A stretch of 64,000 bases of DNA from Ignavibacteriota bacterium. GTDB lineage: Bacteria > Bacteroidota > Ignavibacteria > UBA10030. A program made the translations under genes and the position numbers. Below are positions 11,704 through 21,729 of this stretch, in pieces; positions within the stretch are counted from its first letter, which is position 1; each line of letters begins with the position of its first letter. Location of the stretch: assembly GCA_963701295.1 (NCBI GenBank), contig OY969585.1, forward strand, positions 2,336,001-2,400,000, given 5' to 3'. The notes under the pieces are model-generated. The model had not been told where the DNA came from. It made no database searches and saw only the letters and a program-made list of their open reading frames with translations.

Positions 11704-12177
11704 ATGCTGATTCGGAAATTTGAAAAGGCTGATATTGCACAATTATCAGAAATCGTCCGTGCGACGAAAGTATTTCATGAAGAAGAAGTTGATGTTGCCA
11801 TAGAGTTGATGGAAATTGCAGCGAATGAGAAAGATCAGAAAGATTATTTCCTGTATACATATGTGGATGAGTCCGGAGTTCTACAAGGATATTATTGTGT
11901 TGGACCAACACCGATGACAAAATCGACGTATGATCTGTATTGGATTGCAGTGCATCCACGCATGCACAGAAAAAAAATTGGCCGCGACTTGCTTGAGCAT
12001 TGTGAACAGCAAGTGCAAGGAATGGGTGGAACACTGCTTGTTGTTGAAACATCGTCACAGCCGAAGTACGAACCGACACGAAAGTTCTATCTTCGGCATC
12101 AGTACATAGAGACAGCACAGATCAAGGATTACTATGCACCGGGTGATGACCTGGTCATCTATACTAAACACTTCTAA
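11704..12177 (+). CDS. GNAT family N-acetyltransferase
   Basis: LYWIAVHPRMHRKKIGRDLL acetyl-CoA motif, VETSS, FY; start placed at ATG 11704. Confidence 0.88.
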   Translation: MLIRKFEKADIAQLSEIVRATKVFHEEEVDVAIELMEIAANEKDQKDYFLYTYVDESGVLQGYYCVGPTPMTKSTYDLYWIAVHPRMHRKKIGRDLLEHCEQQVQGMGGTLLVVETSSQPKYEPTRKFYLRHQYIETAQIKDYYAPGDDLVIYTKHF

Positions 12178-12195
12178 GGAGCAAACGCATACGTT

Positions 12196-13386
12196 ATGGA
12201 ACTATGGCAAGAAATGCTTAGACAGAGCGTGGACAGTGCAAAAGATTTAGTTGAACGATTTGGATTTGATACAGAAACCGCCGAGAAGCTCAACAAGCTT
12301 TTCCATATCAGAATCAATCCATACTATCTTAGTTTAATTCGGTACCCAAACGATCCTATTTGGCGGCAATGTATTCCGGATGCAATAGAACTTCAGGACG
12401 AAAAAGCACCTGAGGATCCATTAAATGAAGAGGCCGATAGTCCTGTTCCGAGTATTACGCATCGATATCCAGACAGAGTACTCTTTCTCATTACCAGTCA
12501 ATGTTCGATGTACTGTCGCTTCTGTACGCGTAAACGAAAAGTGAGTGATTCGACAAAAATCAATGCAAAATATATCCAACGGGGATTAGAATATATCGGC
12601 GCTCATCCTGAGATACGGGATGTGATTATCTCAGGCGGTGATCCGTTAATGGTGACCGATTATGCCTTAGAAAAAGTGCTTGCAGGGCTTCGAGAGATTC
12701 CTCACGTCGAGATTATCCGCCTTGGCACAAAAATACCATGCGTTCTGCCACAGCGAGTAACGACAAAACTCTGCAAGATGTTGAAGAAGTATCATCCATT
12801 ATACGTGAACACGCATTTTAACCATCCGTGGGAATGTACACCGGAAGCTGAGCGCGCGTGCAATATGTTGGCGGATGTCGGAATCCCTGTGGGTAATCAA
12901 GCCGTGCTGATGAAGGGTGTGAACGATAACGCCGAAGTCATGCTGGAATTGCATCGGAAGCTGCTCAAGATGCGCGTACGTCCGTACTACATCTATCAAG
13001 CCGATCTCACCAAAGGCACCAACCATTTCAGAACACCTGTACGTGTTGGTTTAGAGATTATGGATAAACTACGCGGACATACTTCTGGACTTGCCATTCC
13101 CTATTATGTTATCGATGCGCCGGGCGGAGGTGGAAAGATTCCATTGTTACCGCAATATGTGCTCGGACGGAACGGAAAAGATATTATGCTCCGTAACTAT
13201 AAATATGAGATTTATACTTATCCGGATGTAGAAGATGCAACGGTAGAACAATATCCGGTAGAACGCAAGTATATGCGGAAACATCAGAACAGCAGACGCA
13301 AATCCGTGAGCGTTCCAAATTCTGCGGAAGGGACAGAAGAGAAAGTCCTTGTGGAACAAGCTCCAGTGGGACAAGTTGTAAAGTAA
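12196..13386 (+). CDS. kamA: KamA family radical SAM protein (lysine 2,3-aminomutase-like)
   Basis: THRYPDRV, CSMYCRFC (CxxxCxxC), SGGDPL, THFNHP, YYIYQAD, DAPGGGGK (PLP lysine). Confidence 0.9.
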   Translation: MELWQEMLRQSVDSAKDLVERFGFDTETAEKLNKLFHIRINPYYLSLIRYPNDPIWRQCIPDAIELQDEKAPEDPLNEEADSPVPSITHRYPDRVLFLITSQCSMYCRFCTRKRKVSDSTKINAKYIQRGLEYIGAHPEIRDVIISGGDPLMVTDYALEKVLAGLREIPHVEIIRLGTKIPCVLPQRVTTKLCKMLKKYHPLYVNTHFNHPWECTPEAERACNMLADVGIPVGNQAVLMKGVNDNAEVMLELHRKLLKMRVRPYYIYQADLTKGTNHFRTPVRVGLEIMDKLRGHTSGLAIPYYVIDAPGGGGKIPLLPQYVLGRNGKDIMLRNYKYEIYTYPDVEDATVEQYPVERKYMRKHQNSRRKSVSVPNSAEGTEEKVLVEQAPVGQVVK

Positions 13387-13406
13387 CTGACTGTAACAGT
13401 ACATTA

Positions 13407-13460
13407 AGCCCGTCTCGATACTTGTTCGCCATTCTGTGGCGGAAGTCGGGACGGGTTTTT
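13407..13460 (+). terminator. Intrinsic terminator after kamA
   Basis: GCCCGTCTCGA / TCGGGACGGGT stem followed by a T run, with inner hairpin TTCGCCA..TGGCGGA. Confidence 0.6.
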
Positions 13461-13497
13461 GTTTGTACAAATTATATTTGCTGAAAGGGCGAACCCT

Positions 13498-14703
13498 ATG
13501 GCAGCAGTAAGAGATTACACAAAACTGATTCGCGAGATCCAAAAGATATTGCAGGCTGAAAAGATCGATGGTTGGCTGCTTTATAACTTTCGTGATTCGA
13601 ATATCTTTGCGACCCGGCTTCTTGCATTGCCGGACCATATTATGTTCACACGACGGTTCTTTTATTACATTCCGGCATCCGGTGAACCAAGAAAATTGGT
13701 GCATAGAATTGAAGAGTGGAATTTGGATGCGCTACCGGGCGGAAAAAACATCTATCTGAGTTGGCGGTCATTGGAAGAGGGCTTGAAGAAACTTCTTTCC
13801 GGTTCAAAACGAGTGGCGATGGAATATTCGCCGAAGTGTGCGATTCCATATATCTCAACCGTCGATGCAGGGGCGATAGAACTTGTACGTGAAAGTGGAG
13901 TAGAAGTTGTTTCCTCAGCAAACCTCATTCAGCATTTTGAAGCACGCTGGAATGAAAAGCAATTGAATGATAACATCAAAAGTGCGACACATCTTCGGCA
14001 AATTGCGGATAGAGCATTTGGATTTATTCGAGATAGTATCCTGTCGAACAGTGCAATTACAGAATATGATGTTCAGCAGTTTATGATGTCGGAATTTAAG
14101 AATCGTGGATTAATCACATCGAGCGACCCTAATTGTTCGGTCAATGCAAACAGCGCTAATCCGCATTACGAACCGACAAAAGAGATTCATTCCCCGTTGC
14201 AAAAAGGTGATTTTGTACTCTTAGATTTATGGGCGAAGAAAGATAAGCCGCGCTCGGTGTATGCCGATATTACATGGACTGGCTTTATCGGTGAAAAGGT
14301 ACCAGAAGAGTATGAAAAGATATTCCAAATCGTTAAAGGCGGACGCGATGCAGCACTAAATTTTGTACGCACTTCCATGGAGAAGGGGAAAGTTGTCCAT
14401 GGATATGAAGTAGATGACGCAGCACGGAATTATATTACCCAGCATGGATACGGCGAATATTTTGTTCACCGCACGGGGCATTCCATCGGTGAGGAAGTGC
14501 ACGGCAATGGTGCCAATATGGACAATCTGGAAACTCGTGATGAACGAACTATCATACCTCAAACTTCATTTTCTATTGAACCTGGAATTTATCTCCGTGA
14601 TGAATTCGGTATCCGTAGTGAGATAGATGTTTATATCACAAAAGATAATGAAGTTCTCGTTACCGGATTACCGATGCAGGAAAATGTAGTGGCGATATTA
14701 TAA
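13498..14703 (+). CDS. M24 (Xaa-Pro) metallopeptidase
   Basis: ANPHY, LLDLW, YADIT, FVHRTGHSIG, SIEPGIY, GIRSE; start at ATG 13498. Confidence 0.9.
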   Translation: MAAVRDYTKLIREIQKILQAEKIDGWLLYNFRDSNIFATRLLALPDHIMFTRRFFYYIPASGEPRKLVHRIEEWNLDALPGGKNIYLSWRSLEEGLKKLLSGSKRVAMEYSPKCAIPYISTVDAGAIELVRESGVEVVSSANLIQHFEARWNEKQLNDNIKSATHLRQIADRAFGFIRDSILSNSAITEYDVQQFMMSEFKNRGLITSSDPNCSVNANSANPHYEPTKEIHSPLQKGDFVLLDLWAKKDKPRSVYADITWTGFIGEKVPEEYEKIFQIVKGGRDAALNFVRTSMEKGKVVHGYEVDDAARNYITQHGYGEYFVHRTGHSIGEEVHGNGANMDNLETRDERTIIPQTSFSIEPGIYLRDEFGIRSEIDVYITKDNEVLVTGLPMQENVVAIL

Positions 14704-14825
14704 TCATAAGTCTATTTCAATAAACATTTCGCTGAAGAAGGCTGTTGCGTTCTTAGGGCGACATCGAGACCATCTGAGAATATGTTTTTTGGGTAGTGCA
14801 TCAATTTAATAAAGCTGGCTATTGA

Positions 14826-14847
14826 TGTCAGGAATTTCTCCCTGACA
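14826..14847. repeat. REP-like palindrome, degenerate copy 3
   Basis: TGTCAGG-N8-CCTGACA. Confidence 0.55.
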
Positions 14848-15009
14848 CTCAGCAGTATCGGTCAGAATGCAAGTCTTGATGAGACTAAACTGAGAAACCG
14901 CTTTCTTTCTTCATCCGTTGATAATAGACCACACTTTATGTAAATTCTATACGACTGCATCAATGGGGTATAAATTGTTTCCAAATTGGAGTAAAGGATT
15001 GTTTCCGAC

Positions 15010-17592
15010 ATGAAATATGATTTTTTAACCATCGAACGAAAATGGCAGGAATACTGGGACAGCAAAAAAACATTCCGTGTTCCTGACGATGAAACGAAAC
15101 AAAAGCTCTATGTACTGGATATGTTTCCGTATCCATCTGGAGCCGGCCTACATGTCGGTCATCCGGAAGGGTACACTGCCACAGATATTCTTTGTCGTTA
15201 TCGGCGAATGAAAGGTTTTGCTGTCCTCCATCCAATGGGATGGGATGCGTTTGGATTGCCGGCAGAACGCTATGCGATGCAGACGAACATTCATCCCAGC
15301 GTAACGACCGGGAGAAACATTGATACATTCCGACGCCAGATTAAAATGCTGGGCTTGAGCTATGACTGGGAACGGGAGGTCAATACTACCGATCCAAAAT
15401 ACTACAAATGGACGCAGTGGATATTTCTGAAAATCTATAATTCATGGTTCGATCCGAAAGAACGTAAAGCCAAACCCATTGAAACATTGGAACAAGAGCT
15501 TGCTGTGCACGGAACGAAAAATCTGAATATTGAAAAACATTTCACTGCGGATGACTGGAAGAACAAATCGAAAAAAGAAAAGCACGATTTCATTGCGCAA
15601 TTTCGTTTGGCGTTTATTGCGGAAATTCCTGTCAACTGGTGCGAGGCACTCGGCACTGTTTTGGCAAACGAGGAAGTTGCCGAATGGACCGAAAAGGGTT
15701 ACACGGTTGAACGTCGTCCGATGCGGCAATGGATGATGCGTATTACTGCATACTCCGACCGACTCTTAGAAGGTGCAAAGGAACTTGATTGGCCTGTATC
15801 GACACTTGAGCAGCAGCGCAATTGGATCGGCCGCTCGGAAGGAGCCGATGTTGAATTTCTAGTGAAAGGTAAATCAGAAAAAATACGTGTCTTCACCACA
15901 CGCCCTGATACGTTGTTCGGTGCAACATATATGGTGCTTGCGCCGGAACATTCTCTTGTGGATACCATAGCGACACCGGAGCGGGTTCAGGAAATTCAAA
16001 AGTACCGGAAAGAAACAGCAATCAAAAGTGAGCTTGAGCGTGGAACAGAAAAAGAAAAGACCGGCGTTTTCACAGGTGGCTATGCAATGAATCCGACAAC
16101 CGGAAAAGAAATACCAATCTGGATCGCTGATTACGTGATGATGGGATATGGCACCGGAGCAATTATGGCTGTGCCGGGTCACGACGACCGTGATATGGAA
16201 TTTGCAAAAAAATATAATTTACCTATTATCAAAGTGGTCGATGGTGGTCCGAATGCACTGGAGTGTTTTGTGGGAGATGGGATCGGAATTAATTCTTCGA
16301 ATGCTGAAGTATCACTCAATGGACTTTCAACTCCGGAAGCCAAGAAAGCAATTGCGGCATGGCTGGCAAAGAACGGAATTGGCAAAGCAACTGTTCAGTA
16401 CAAGCTTCGAGACTGGCTTTTTTCACGTCAACGGTATTGGGGCGAACCGATTCCCATAGTCTATCTTGAAGATGGAACAATGAAGGCAATAGATGAAAAG
16501 GAATTGCCTCTGGAATTGCCGAGCTTGGAGAAATTTCAACCAAGCGGAACAACAGAATCGCCTTTAGCTCTTGCAACGAATTGGATCAATGTTGTTGACA
16601 AAGAAACAGGTTTGAAGGGGCGACGCGAGACAAACACGATGCCGCAATGGGCTGGCTCGTGCTGGTACTATCTCCGCTTCATTGACCCTAAAAACGACAG
16701 TACATTCTGCGATACCACGAAGGAAAAGCATTGGATGCCTATTGATCTCTATGTTGGTGGATCAGAACATGCTGTGCTGCATCTGATGTATTCGCGATTC
16801 TGGCATAAAGTACTCTTTGATCTTGGCTTTGTCAGCACGAAGGAGCCATTCATGAAGTTAAGGCATCAGGGAATTATTCTTGGTGAAGATTCCCGCAAAA
16901 TGTCGAAGTCGCGTGGAAATGTCGTTAATCCAGATGATGTCGTAAAAGAATATGGTGCCGACTCGATGCGATTGTTTGAGATGTTTATGGGGCCGTTGGA
17001 AGAAATGAAACCATGGAATACACGTGGTGTGGAAGGGGTTTTCCGTTTTCTCAATCGTGTTTGGCGATTGTTTGTAAATGATGAAGGTACGTTAGATGCA
17101 TTCATCCAGGATGTTGTGCCGACCATAGATTATGAACGACTCTATCATCAAACTGTGAAGAAAGTCGGAGATGATATCGATGGACTTCGTTTCAATACTG
17201 CCATTTCACAAATGATGATATTTTTAAATGAAACGATGAAGTTGGAAGTCCGACCGCGCAAGTTACTGGAAAACTTTGTCTTGCTTCTTTCACCGTTTGC
17301 TCCTCATCTTGCGGAAGAACTTTGGGAAAAGCTTGGCCATGCAAAGTCGACGGCATATGAACCGTGGCCAGTGTATGATGAAGCAAAATGTGCAGAAACG
17401 ACGGTAGAGGTGGTGTTACAAATCAATGGAAAGATTCGATCGAAAGTTACTGTTGCGAAGGATACTTCCAATGCAGAACTGGAACGGCTGGCATTGGATG
17501 ATGCCAACATGAAACGCTACATGGACGGCAAGCATATCGTCAAGAGAATTATTGTATCGAACAAGTTAGTGAATATTGTTATTGGCAGTTGA
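15010..17592 (+). CDS. leuS: Leucine--tRNA ligase
   Basis: [47 protein letters not shown]. Confidence 0.98.
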   Translation: MKYDFLTIERKWQEYWDSKKTFRVPDDETKQKLYVLDMFPYPSGAGLHVGHPEGYTATDILCRYRRMKGFAVLHPMGWDAFGLPAERYAMQTNIHPSVTTGRNIDTFRRQIKMLGLSYDWEREVNTTDPKYYKWTQWIFLKIYNSWFDPKERKAKPIETLEQELAVHGTKNLNIEKHFTADDWKNKSKKEKHDFIAQFRLAFIAEIPVNWCEALGTVLANEEVAEWTEKGYTVERRPMRQWMMRITAYSDRLLEGAKELDWPVSTLEQQRNWIGRSEGADVEFLVKGKSEKIRVFTTRPDTLFGATYMVLAPEHSLVDTIATPERVQEIQKYRKETAIKSELERGTEKEKTGVFTGGYAMNPTTGKEIPIWIADYVMMGYGTGAIMAVPGHDDRDMEFAKKYNLPIIKVVDGGPNALECFVGDGIGINSSNAEVSLNGLSTPEAKKAIAAWLAKNGIGKATVQYKLRDWLFSRQRYWGEPIPIVYLEDGTMKAIDEKELPLELPSLEKFQPSGTTESPLALATNWINVVDKETGLKGRRETNTMPQWAGSCWYYLRFIDPKNDSTFCDTTKEKHWMPIDLYVGGSEHAVLHLMYSRFWHKVLFDLGFVSTKEPFMKLRHQGIILGEDSRKMSKSRGNVVNPDDVVKEYGADSMRLFEMFMGPLEEMKPWNTRGVEGVFRFLNRVWRLFVNDEGTLDAFIQDVVPTIDYERLYHQTVKKVGDDIDGLRFNTAISQMMIFLNETMKLEVRPRKLLENFVLLLSPFAPHLAEELWEKLGHAKSTAYEPWPVYDEAKCAETTVEVVLQINGKIRSKVTVAKDTSNAELERLALDDANMKRYMDGKHIVKRIIVSNKLVNIVIGS

Positions 17593-17603
17593 TGGAGTCA
17601 TGA

Positions 17604-18365
17604 GTGGTGATCCGCGTATCAGTTGTTATTATTACATATAACGAAGAACGAAATATCGCGCGATGTTTCGATTCCGTCAAAGGAATCGCTGATGAGATTG
17701 TTGTTGTCGATTCGTATTCGGCTGACAGAACTGTTGAGATTTGTCGTTCGTATGATGTAAAAGTTATTCAGCATGCATTTGATGGTCACATTCAACAAAA
17801 GAATTTTGCGGTGGAGCAAGCTTCATCAGATCGTGTGCTTTCCTTGGATGCCGATGAAGCGCTTTCAAGTGAATTGCAAAAATCCATTATCGATATTAAA
17901 TCAAACTGGCAGTATGATGCATACAAAATGAACCGACTCACGAATTACTGCGGTGCATGGATACGGCATGGCGGTTGGTATCCAGATTGCAAAGTTCGAT
18001 TGTTTGACAGACGAAAAGGAAAATGGACTGGGATCAATCCGCATGATCAATATGAAGTTAAGAATCCTAAAGCTCATATCGGATATTTGAAAGGAGATAT
18101 TCTTCATTTCAGCTACTATTCAATATCTGGACATATCAAACAAGTTGATTACTTTACAGAAATATCAGCACGAGTTCTTTTTGAAAAAGGGAAGAAGGCA
18201 TCATTCATTCGGCATTGTATCTCTCCAGCATTTCGTTTCTTTCGGGATTATATTCTCAAATTTGGTTTTCTGGATGGCTATTATGGCTTTGTCATTTGTT
18301 TAATTTCATCGTTTGCAAATTTTCTTAAATATGTAAAACTGCGTGAGCTATGGAAAATACGATAA
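17604..18365 (+). CDS. Glycosyltransferase family 2 (WaaE/KdtX-like)
   Basis: SVVIITYNEE, VVDSYS, LDADE, GGWYPD, GFLDG. Confidence 0.9.
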   Translation: MVIRVSVVIITYNEERNIARCFDSVKGIADEIVVVDSYSADRTVEICRSYDVKVIQHAFDGHIQQKNFAVEQASSDRVLSLDADEALSSELQKSIIDIKSNWQYDAYKMNRLTNYCGAWIRHGGWYPDCKVRLFDRRKGKWTGINPHDQYEVKNPKAHIGYLKGDILHFSYYSISGHIKQVDYFTEISARVLFEKGKKASFIRHCISPAFRFFRDYILKFGFLDGYYGFVICLISSFANFLKYVKLRELWKIR

Positions 18366-18378
18366 AGGAGAGAACATT

Positions 18379-18675
18379 ATGGAGGAAAATAAATCGATGT
18401 CCCTTTTTTTTAGTTTGATCATGACATTTCAAGCGGCTGCGATGCAGCAAATGGGAAAACTAAAAAATCCAATTTCCGATAAAATTGAACGAGATCTTCA
18501 GCAGGCTCAATTATCTATCGATATTCTCGATATGCTGGAAGAAAAAACGAGGGGAAATTTATCAGATGATGAATCTCGTTTTCTCAAAGGAGTTTTGCAG
18601 GAGCTTAAGTTGAACTACGTCGATGAGTCGACAAAACAACAGCAATCTACAGATAAGGAAAAGACGTCATTATGA
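18379..18675 (+). CDS. DUF1844-like protein
   Basis: GKLKNP...DLQQAQLSIDILDMLEEKTRGNLSDDE pattern; AAGGAG upstream of ATG 18379. Confidence 0.8.
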   Translation: MEENKSMSLFFSLIMTFQAAAMQQMGKLKNPISDKIERDLQQAQLSIDILDMLEEKTRGNLSDDESRFLKGVLQELKLNYVDESTKQQQSTDKEKTSL

Positions 18676-19562
18676 AATTTGGAATTTGCGGAAATCTGGA
18701 AAAAACAGAATTACCAAGGGTTATCGAAAGGCTTATGACTCGATGTCAAAAGGAGAAGGTGCAGTATATTCTTCCGGAAACACTAGCAAAAGGATTACGT
18801 GGAAAGATTGATAAGCAGTTCCTTCTTCGGTCGAATATTGTATCTGAAAGGAAGTTGCCGACGGCATGCGACATTGTAATATCGATTGGTGGTGATGGAA
18901 CGATTCTCAGGATTGCACGGCTCGTAAGCGGTCACGCAACGCCCATACTTGGAATTAATTTAGGGAAATTAGGATTTCTTGCAGAAGTATCTCTTGAAGA
19001 GCTTGATGATTGTATCACCGAGATATTACGAGGTGATTATGGTATTGAGGACCGAATGATGCTGCAAACACGCATCAATAAATCAAAACAATGCATGTTT
19101 GCACTGAACGACATTGTGCTCAGCCAAACGGATTCTTCGCGTATGTTCACTGTGCAAACATTTGTGAATGGTGAGTTTCTGTCAAAGTTTACCTGTGATG
19201 GCACCATTGTTGCTACGCCAACTGGTTCCACAGCGTATATGCTTTCAAATGGCGGACCCATTGTTACACCGACAAACCATTCTTTGCTCATTAATCCGAT
19301 TTGCCCGCATTCGCTAACCGCAAGAACGGTCGTTGTGCCGGAAGAGTCAATTATCACACTAAAGGTTCAAACAGCACACGGCAAAATGCGAATTACTGCA
19401 GATGGCCAATCTCAGATATTCGTACGACTTCCATTGGAAGTAGTGATAGAGCGCTCGCTGCTTGTTACAAAACTTGTAAAGAGAATGAACACCAGTTACT
19501 ACGATGTCCTGCGAAGAAAACTGCATTGGGGAAGGGATGCGCGGAATTTATCGGAACATTAA
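18672..19562 (+). CDS. nadK: NAD kinase
   Basis: GGDGT, GINLGKLGFL, ALND, DG..VATPTGSTAY. Confidence 0.95.
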   Translation: MKFGICGNLEKTELPRVIERLMTRCQKEKVQYILPETLAKGLRGKIDKQFLLRSNIVSERKLPTACDIVISIGGDGTILRIARLVSGHATPILGINLGKLGFLAEVSLEELDDCITEILRGDYGIEDRMMLQTRINKSKQCMFALNDIVLSQTDSSRMFTVQTFVNGEFLSKFTCDGTIVATPTGSTAYMLSNGGPIVTPTNHSLLINPICPHSLTARTVVVPEESIITLKVQTAHGKMRITADGQSQIFVRLPLEVVIERSLLVTKLVKRMNTSYYDVLRRKLHWGRDARNLSEH

Positions 19563-19565
19563 ATT

Positions 19566-19976
19566 TTAATTATATATTGCCCCTTCTTCAATCCATTTTT
19601 TTACACCATTGATTTGATTTTGGTTCAATTGAGGAGATTTAGGGGGCGGCATTTGAGGCAGATGTCCATCGAGTCGTTCCATCAAAAGACAATTTGTATC
19701 AAGCCGGACGACAAGAGTAGGAATGTGGTTCATGAGAGCCGTAAATGAAGGATACTCAAGATTTAATCCAGCTGCTGGTGTATCGCCCCCATGGCATGGC
19801 GAAGCAGTACATTTTTGTTGAAATAATGGTCCAACCTGCTTGGAAAAACTTATGTTGCTATTTGGGAATACTATCTCCAATGATGGATTCGTTTGTGTAT
19901 CTTTGCAGGAGATAAGTCCGCTTGATACAAGAAGAATAAAATCAAAAAAAAGAAAATATAGAAGAAGACGCATCAT
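19566..19976 (-). CDS. Lipoprotein with cytochrome c-like motif (CxxxxCH)
   Basis: Lipobox LISC, CTASPCHGG, MPP...WIEEGA tail typical of planctomycete-type cytochrome c domains. Confidence 0.65.
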   Translation of the reverse strand: MMRLLLYFLFFDFILLVSSGLISCKDTQTNPSLEIVFPNSNISFSKQVGPLFQQKCTASPCHGGDTPAAGLNLEYPSFTALMNHIPTLVVRLDTNCLLMERLDGHLPQMPPPKSPQLNQNQINGVKKWIEEGAIYN

Positions 19977-20052
19977 CGAGATTCTTAGACTCTTTCGTTA
20001 ATACTGAGTGATAAGTTACTGAAAACTTATTCCTCCTGCAATGAATTTCTAA

Positions 20053-20081
20053 TTGACTTTACTCCGATCCTTGGGTATATT
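20053..20081 (+). promoter_or_regulatory. sigma70 promoter of tRNA-Ala
   Basis: TTGACT-N17-TATATT. Confidence 0.6.
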
Positions 20082-20094
20082 TTATTCGAATGAT

Positions 20095-20168
20095 GGGCCG
20101 TTAGCTCAGCATGGGAGAGCGCCACAATGGCATTGTGGAGGTCACCGGTTCGAGCCCGGTACGGTCCA
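20095..20168 (+). tRNA. tRNA-Ala(GGC)
   Basis: Cloverleaf: acceptor GGGCCGT/ACGGTCC with G3:U70, anticodon arm CCACA-ATGGCAT-TGTGG, T loop TTCGAGC. Confidence 0.95.
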
Positions 20169-20170
20169 CG

Positions 20171-20200
20171 AAAAGGACAATCCAATCGATTGTCCTTTTT
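20171..20200 (+). terminator. Terminator hairpin after tRNA-Ala (duplicated near 20514-20543)
   Basis: AAAAGGACAATC / GATTGTCCTTTT perfect 12-bp stem. Confidence 0.7.
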
Positions 20201-20206
20201 CTTATT

Positions 20207-20476
20207 ATGTTTTCAATGTACATACTTCAAAGTAGTACTTCCGGTCGGTATTATGTAGGTCATACAGATAAAATATCTCGTCGACTAACTGAGCATAATT
20301 CAGGAATGGCGAAATATACTCGACAGGAAAAGCCATGGAAAGTGGTGTATGTAGAAAATTATGCCACACGTTCAGCGGCGATGAAACGAGAGTCAGAAAT
20401 TAAAAGAAAGAAGAGCAAAAAGTATATCGAAAGACTGATTGAATCGGGAGAGCGTCCCGACACGACGGAGTCGTGA
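20207..20476 (+). CDS. GIY-YIG nuclease family protein (89 aa)
   Basis: MYILQS...RYYVGHT...RRLTEHN...KYT...PW...E...A.KRE..IK. Confidence 0.9.
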   Translation: MFSMYILQSSTSGRYYVGHTDKISRRLTEHNSGMAKYTRQEKPWKVVYVENYATRSAAMKRESEIKRKKSKKYIERLIESGERPDTTES

Positions 20477-20544
20477 CGGGAAGGTCACCGGTTCGAGCCC
20501 GGTACGGTCCACGAAAAGGACAATCCAATCGGTTGTCCTTTTTC
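20446..20544 (+). pseudogene. Partial duplicate of tRNA-Ala with replaced anticodon arm
   Basis: 20482-20544 repeats 20139-20201 with 1 mismatch; GGGAGAGCG of the D arm retained at 20446. Confidence 0.85.
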
Positions 20545-20576
20545 ATTATAGGTTCAGCAAGAAAATTGAGGTTTTG

Positions 20577-20900
20577 TTGATTGCATCGAAAATAAAACTA
20601 TCGTCGTCGCAGGAACTTTCTATCCTATGGGATGATGAGCATGCAAGCATCATTTCTCTCCACACACTGCGTGATCGTTGCCCCTGTGCAGGCTGTCAAG
20701 GTGAAACGGTACTCCTCAAGATGTACATACCAGAACCACAGCCTCAACTTCCCGGTAGGTACAATATCATTGGAATTCAGCAAGTGGGTCACTATGCAAT
20801 TCAGATATCTTGGGGAGATCGCCATTCGACCGGTATCTATACATGGGAATATTTGCGCAATCTTTGTGAATGTCCAGGATGCCTATTAAAGAAAGAATAA
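20577..20900 (+). CDS. DUF971 / GBBH-like N-terminal domain protein
   Basis: WDDEH.S....LRDRCPCAGC...VGHYAIQISWGDRHSTGIYTWEYL; start approximate (TTG). Confidence 0.88.
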   Translation: MIASKIKLSSSQELSILWDDEHASIISLHTLRDRCPCAGCQGETVLLKMYIPEPQPQLPGRYNIIGIQQVGHYAIQISWGDRHSTGIYTWEYLRNLCECPGCLLKKE

Positions 20901-20965
20901 AATAGAAAATTTCTTGCACACTGAATGAAGTATTTGTATATTATTATAATACTTGAGGCAGCTAC

Positions 20966-21040
20966 GGGCGCTTAGCTCAGCTGGTTTAGAGCGTACGCCT
21001 CACACGCGTAAGGTCGCAGGTTCGATCCCCGCAGCGCCCA
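20966..21040 (+). tRNA. tRNA-Val(CAC)
   Basis: Acceptor GGGCGCT/AGCGCCC, anticodon arm TACGC-CTCACAC-GCGTA, TTCGATC; promoter TTGCAC-N17-TATATT at 20914-20942. Confidence 0.95.
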
Positions 21041-21064
21041 CAAAAATAAATGTTCTTTGAGAAG

Positions 21065-21158
21065 TTCCTTTAATTCCTATCCAGCGAGGTAGGAAAGGGA
21101 TATGATGATAGTATTGGACTGCCCCCTTTTCCTAATTCAATGGAACTGGGGGTTTTTT
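21065..21158 (+). promoter_or_regulatory. PyrR-binding attenuator leader
   Basis: CCTTTAA...ATCCAGCGAGGT...GAAAGG matches the PyrR binding loop; downstream CCCCC..GGGGG-TTTTTT terminator whose 5' arm (CCCTTTTCCT) can alternatively pair with AGGAAAGGG. Confidence 0.85.
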
Positions 21159-21178
21159 CATTTTAAGAAAGGTGGATC

Positions 21179-21727
21179 ATGATGAAAACAAAAGTACTCG
21201 ACGCCGACGGTCTTCGGCGAACTGTGAACCGTCTCTCTCATGAATTAGTGGAGAGGAATAAAGGTGTTCAAGACGTCGTTCTTGTGGGCATCAGGACACG
21301 CGGCGAATATCTCGCGCATCGTGTCGCAAAAAAATTAGAAGAAATCGAAAATATAAAAGTACAAGTCGGAGTGCTGGATATTACATTGTACCGTGACGAT
21401 CTTCACGGACGTTTGGATCAACCTGAATTGAAAAGTTCTGAGATTCTCTTCGACATTCGAGGGAAAGTTGTCGTTCTTATAGATGATGTGTTCTTTACAG
21501 GGCGAACGATCCGATCCGCACTCAACGCCTTGATGGATCTGGGTCGGCCTGCAATGATTCAGCTGTTGGTGCTTGTTGATCGAGGGCATCGCGAGCTGCC
21601 TATCAAAGCGGATTTCGTCGGAAAGAATGTCCCAACATCACGCGGCCAGGAAGTGAAAGTTGAAATGACAGAAGCGGATGAGGAAGATGCAGTCTACCTT
21701 ATTAAGAATGACGAGAAGGAGAACTGA
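21179..21727 (+). CDS. pyrR: Pyrimidine operon attenuation protein / UPRTase
   Basis: GIRTRG, LDITLYRDD, LIDDVFFTGRT, LVDRGHRELPI. Confidence 0.96.
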   Translation: MMKTKVLDADGLRRTVNRLSHELVERNKGVQDVVLVGIRTRGEYLAHRVAKKLEEIENIKVQVGVLDITLYRDDLHGRLDQPELKSSEILFDIRGKVVVLIDDVFFTGRTIRSALNALMDLGRPAMIQLLVLVDRGHRELPIKADFVGKNVPTSRGQEVKVEMTEADEEDAVYLIKNDEKEN

Positions 21728-21729
21728 TT

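Noticed and set aside
13459-14703. M24 peptidase as part of the KamA operon
   Set aside because: A terminator-like hairpin with a T run separates it from kamA; linkage is unsupported from this window alone
20111-20206. N-terminal extensions of the ORFs at 20111 and 20439
   Set aside because: They are translations of tRNA and repeat sequence; likely starts are 20207 and about 20577
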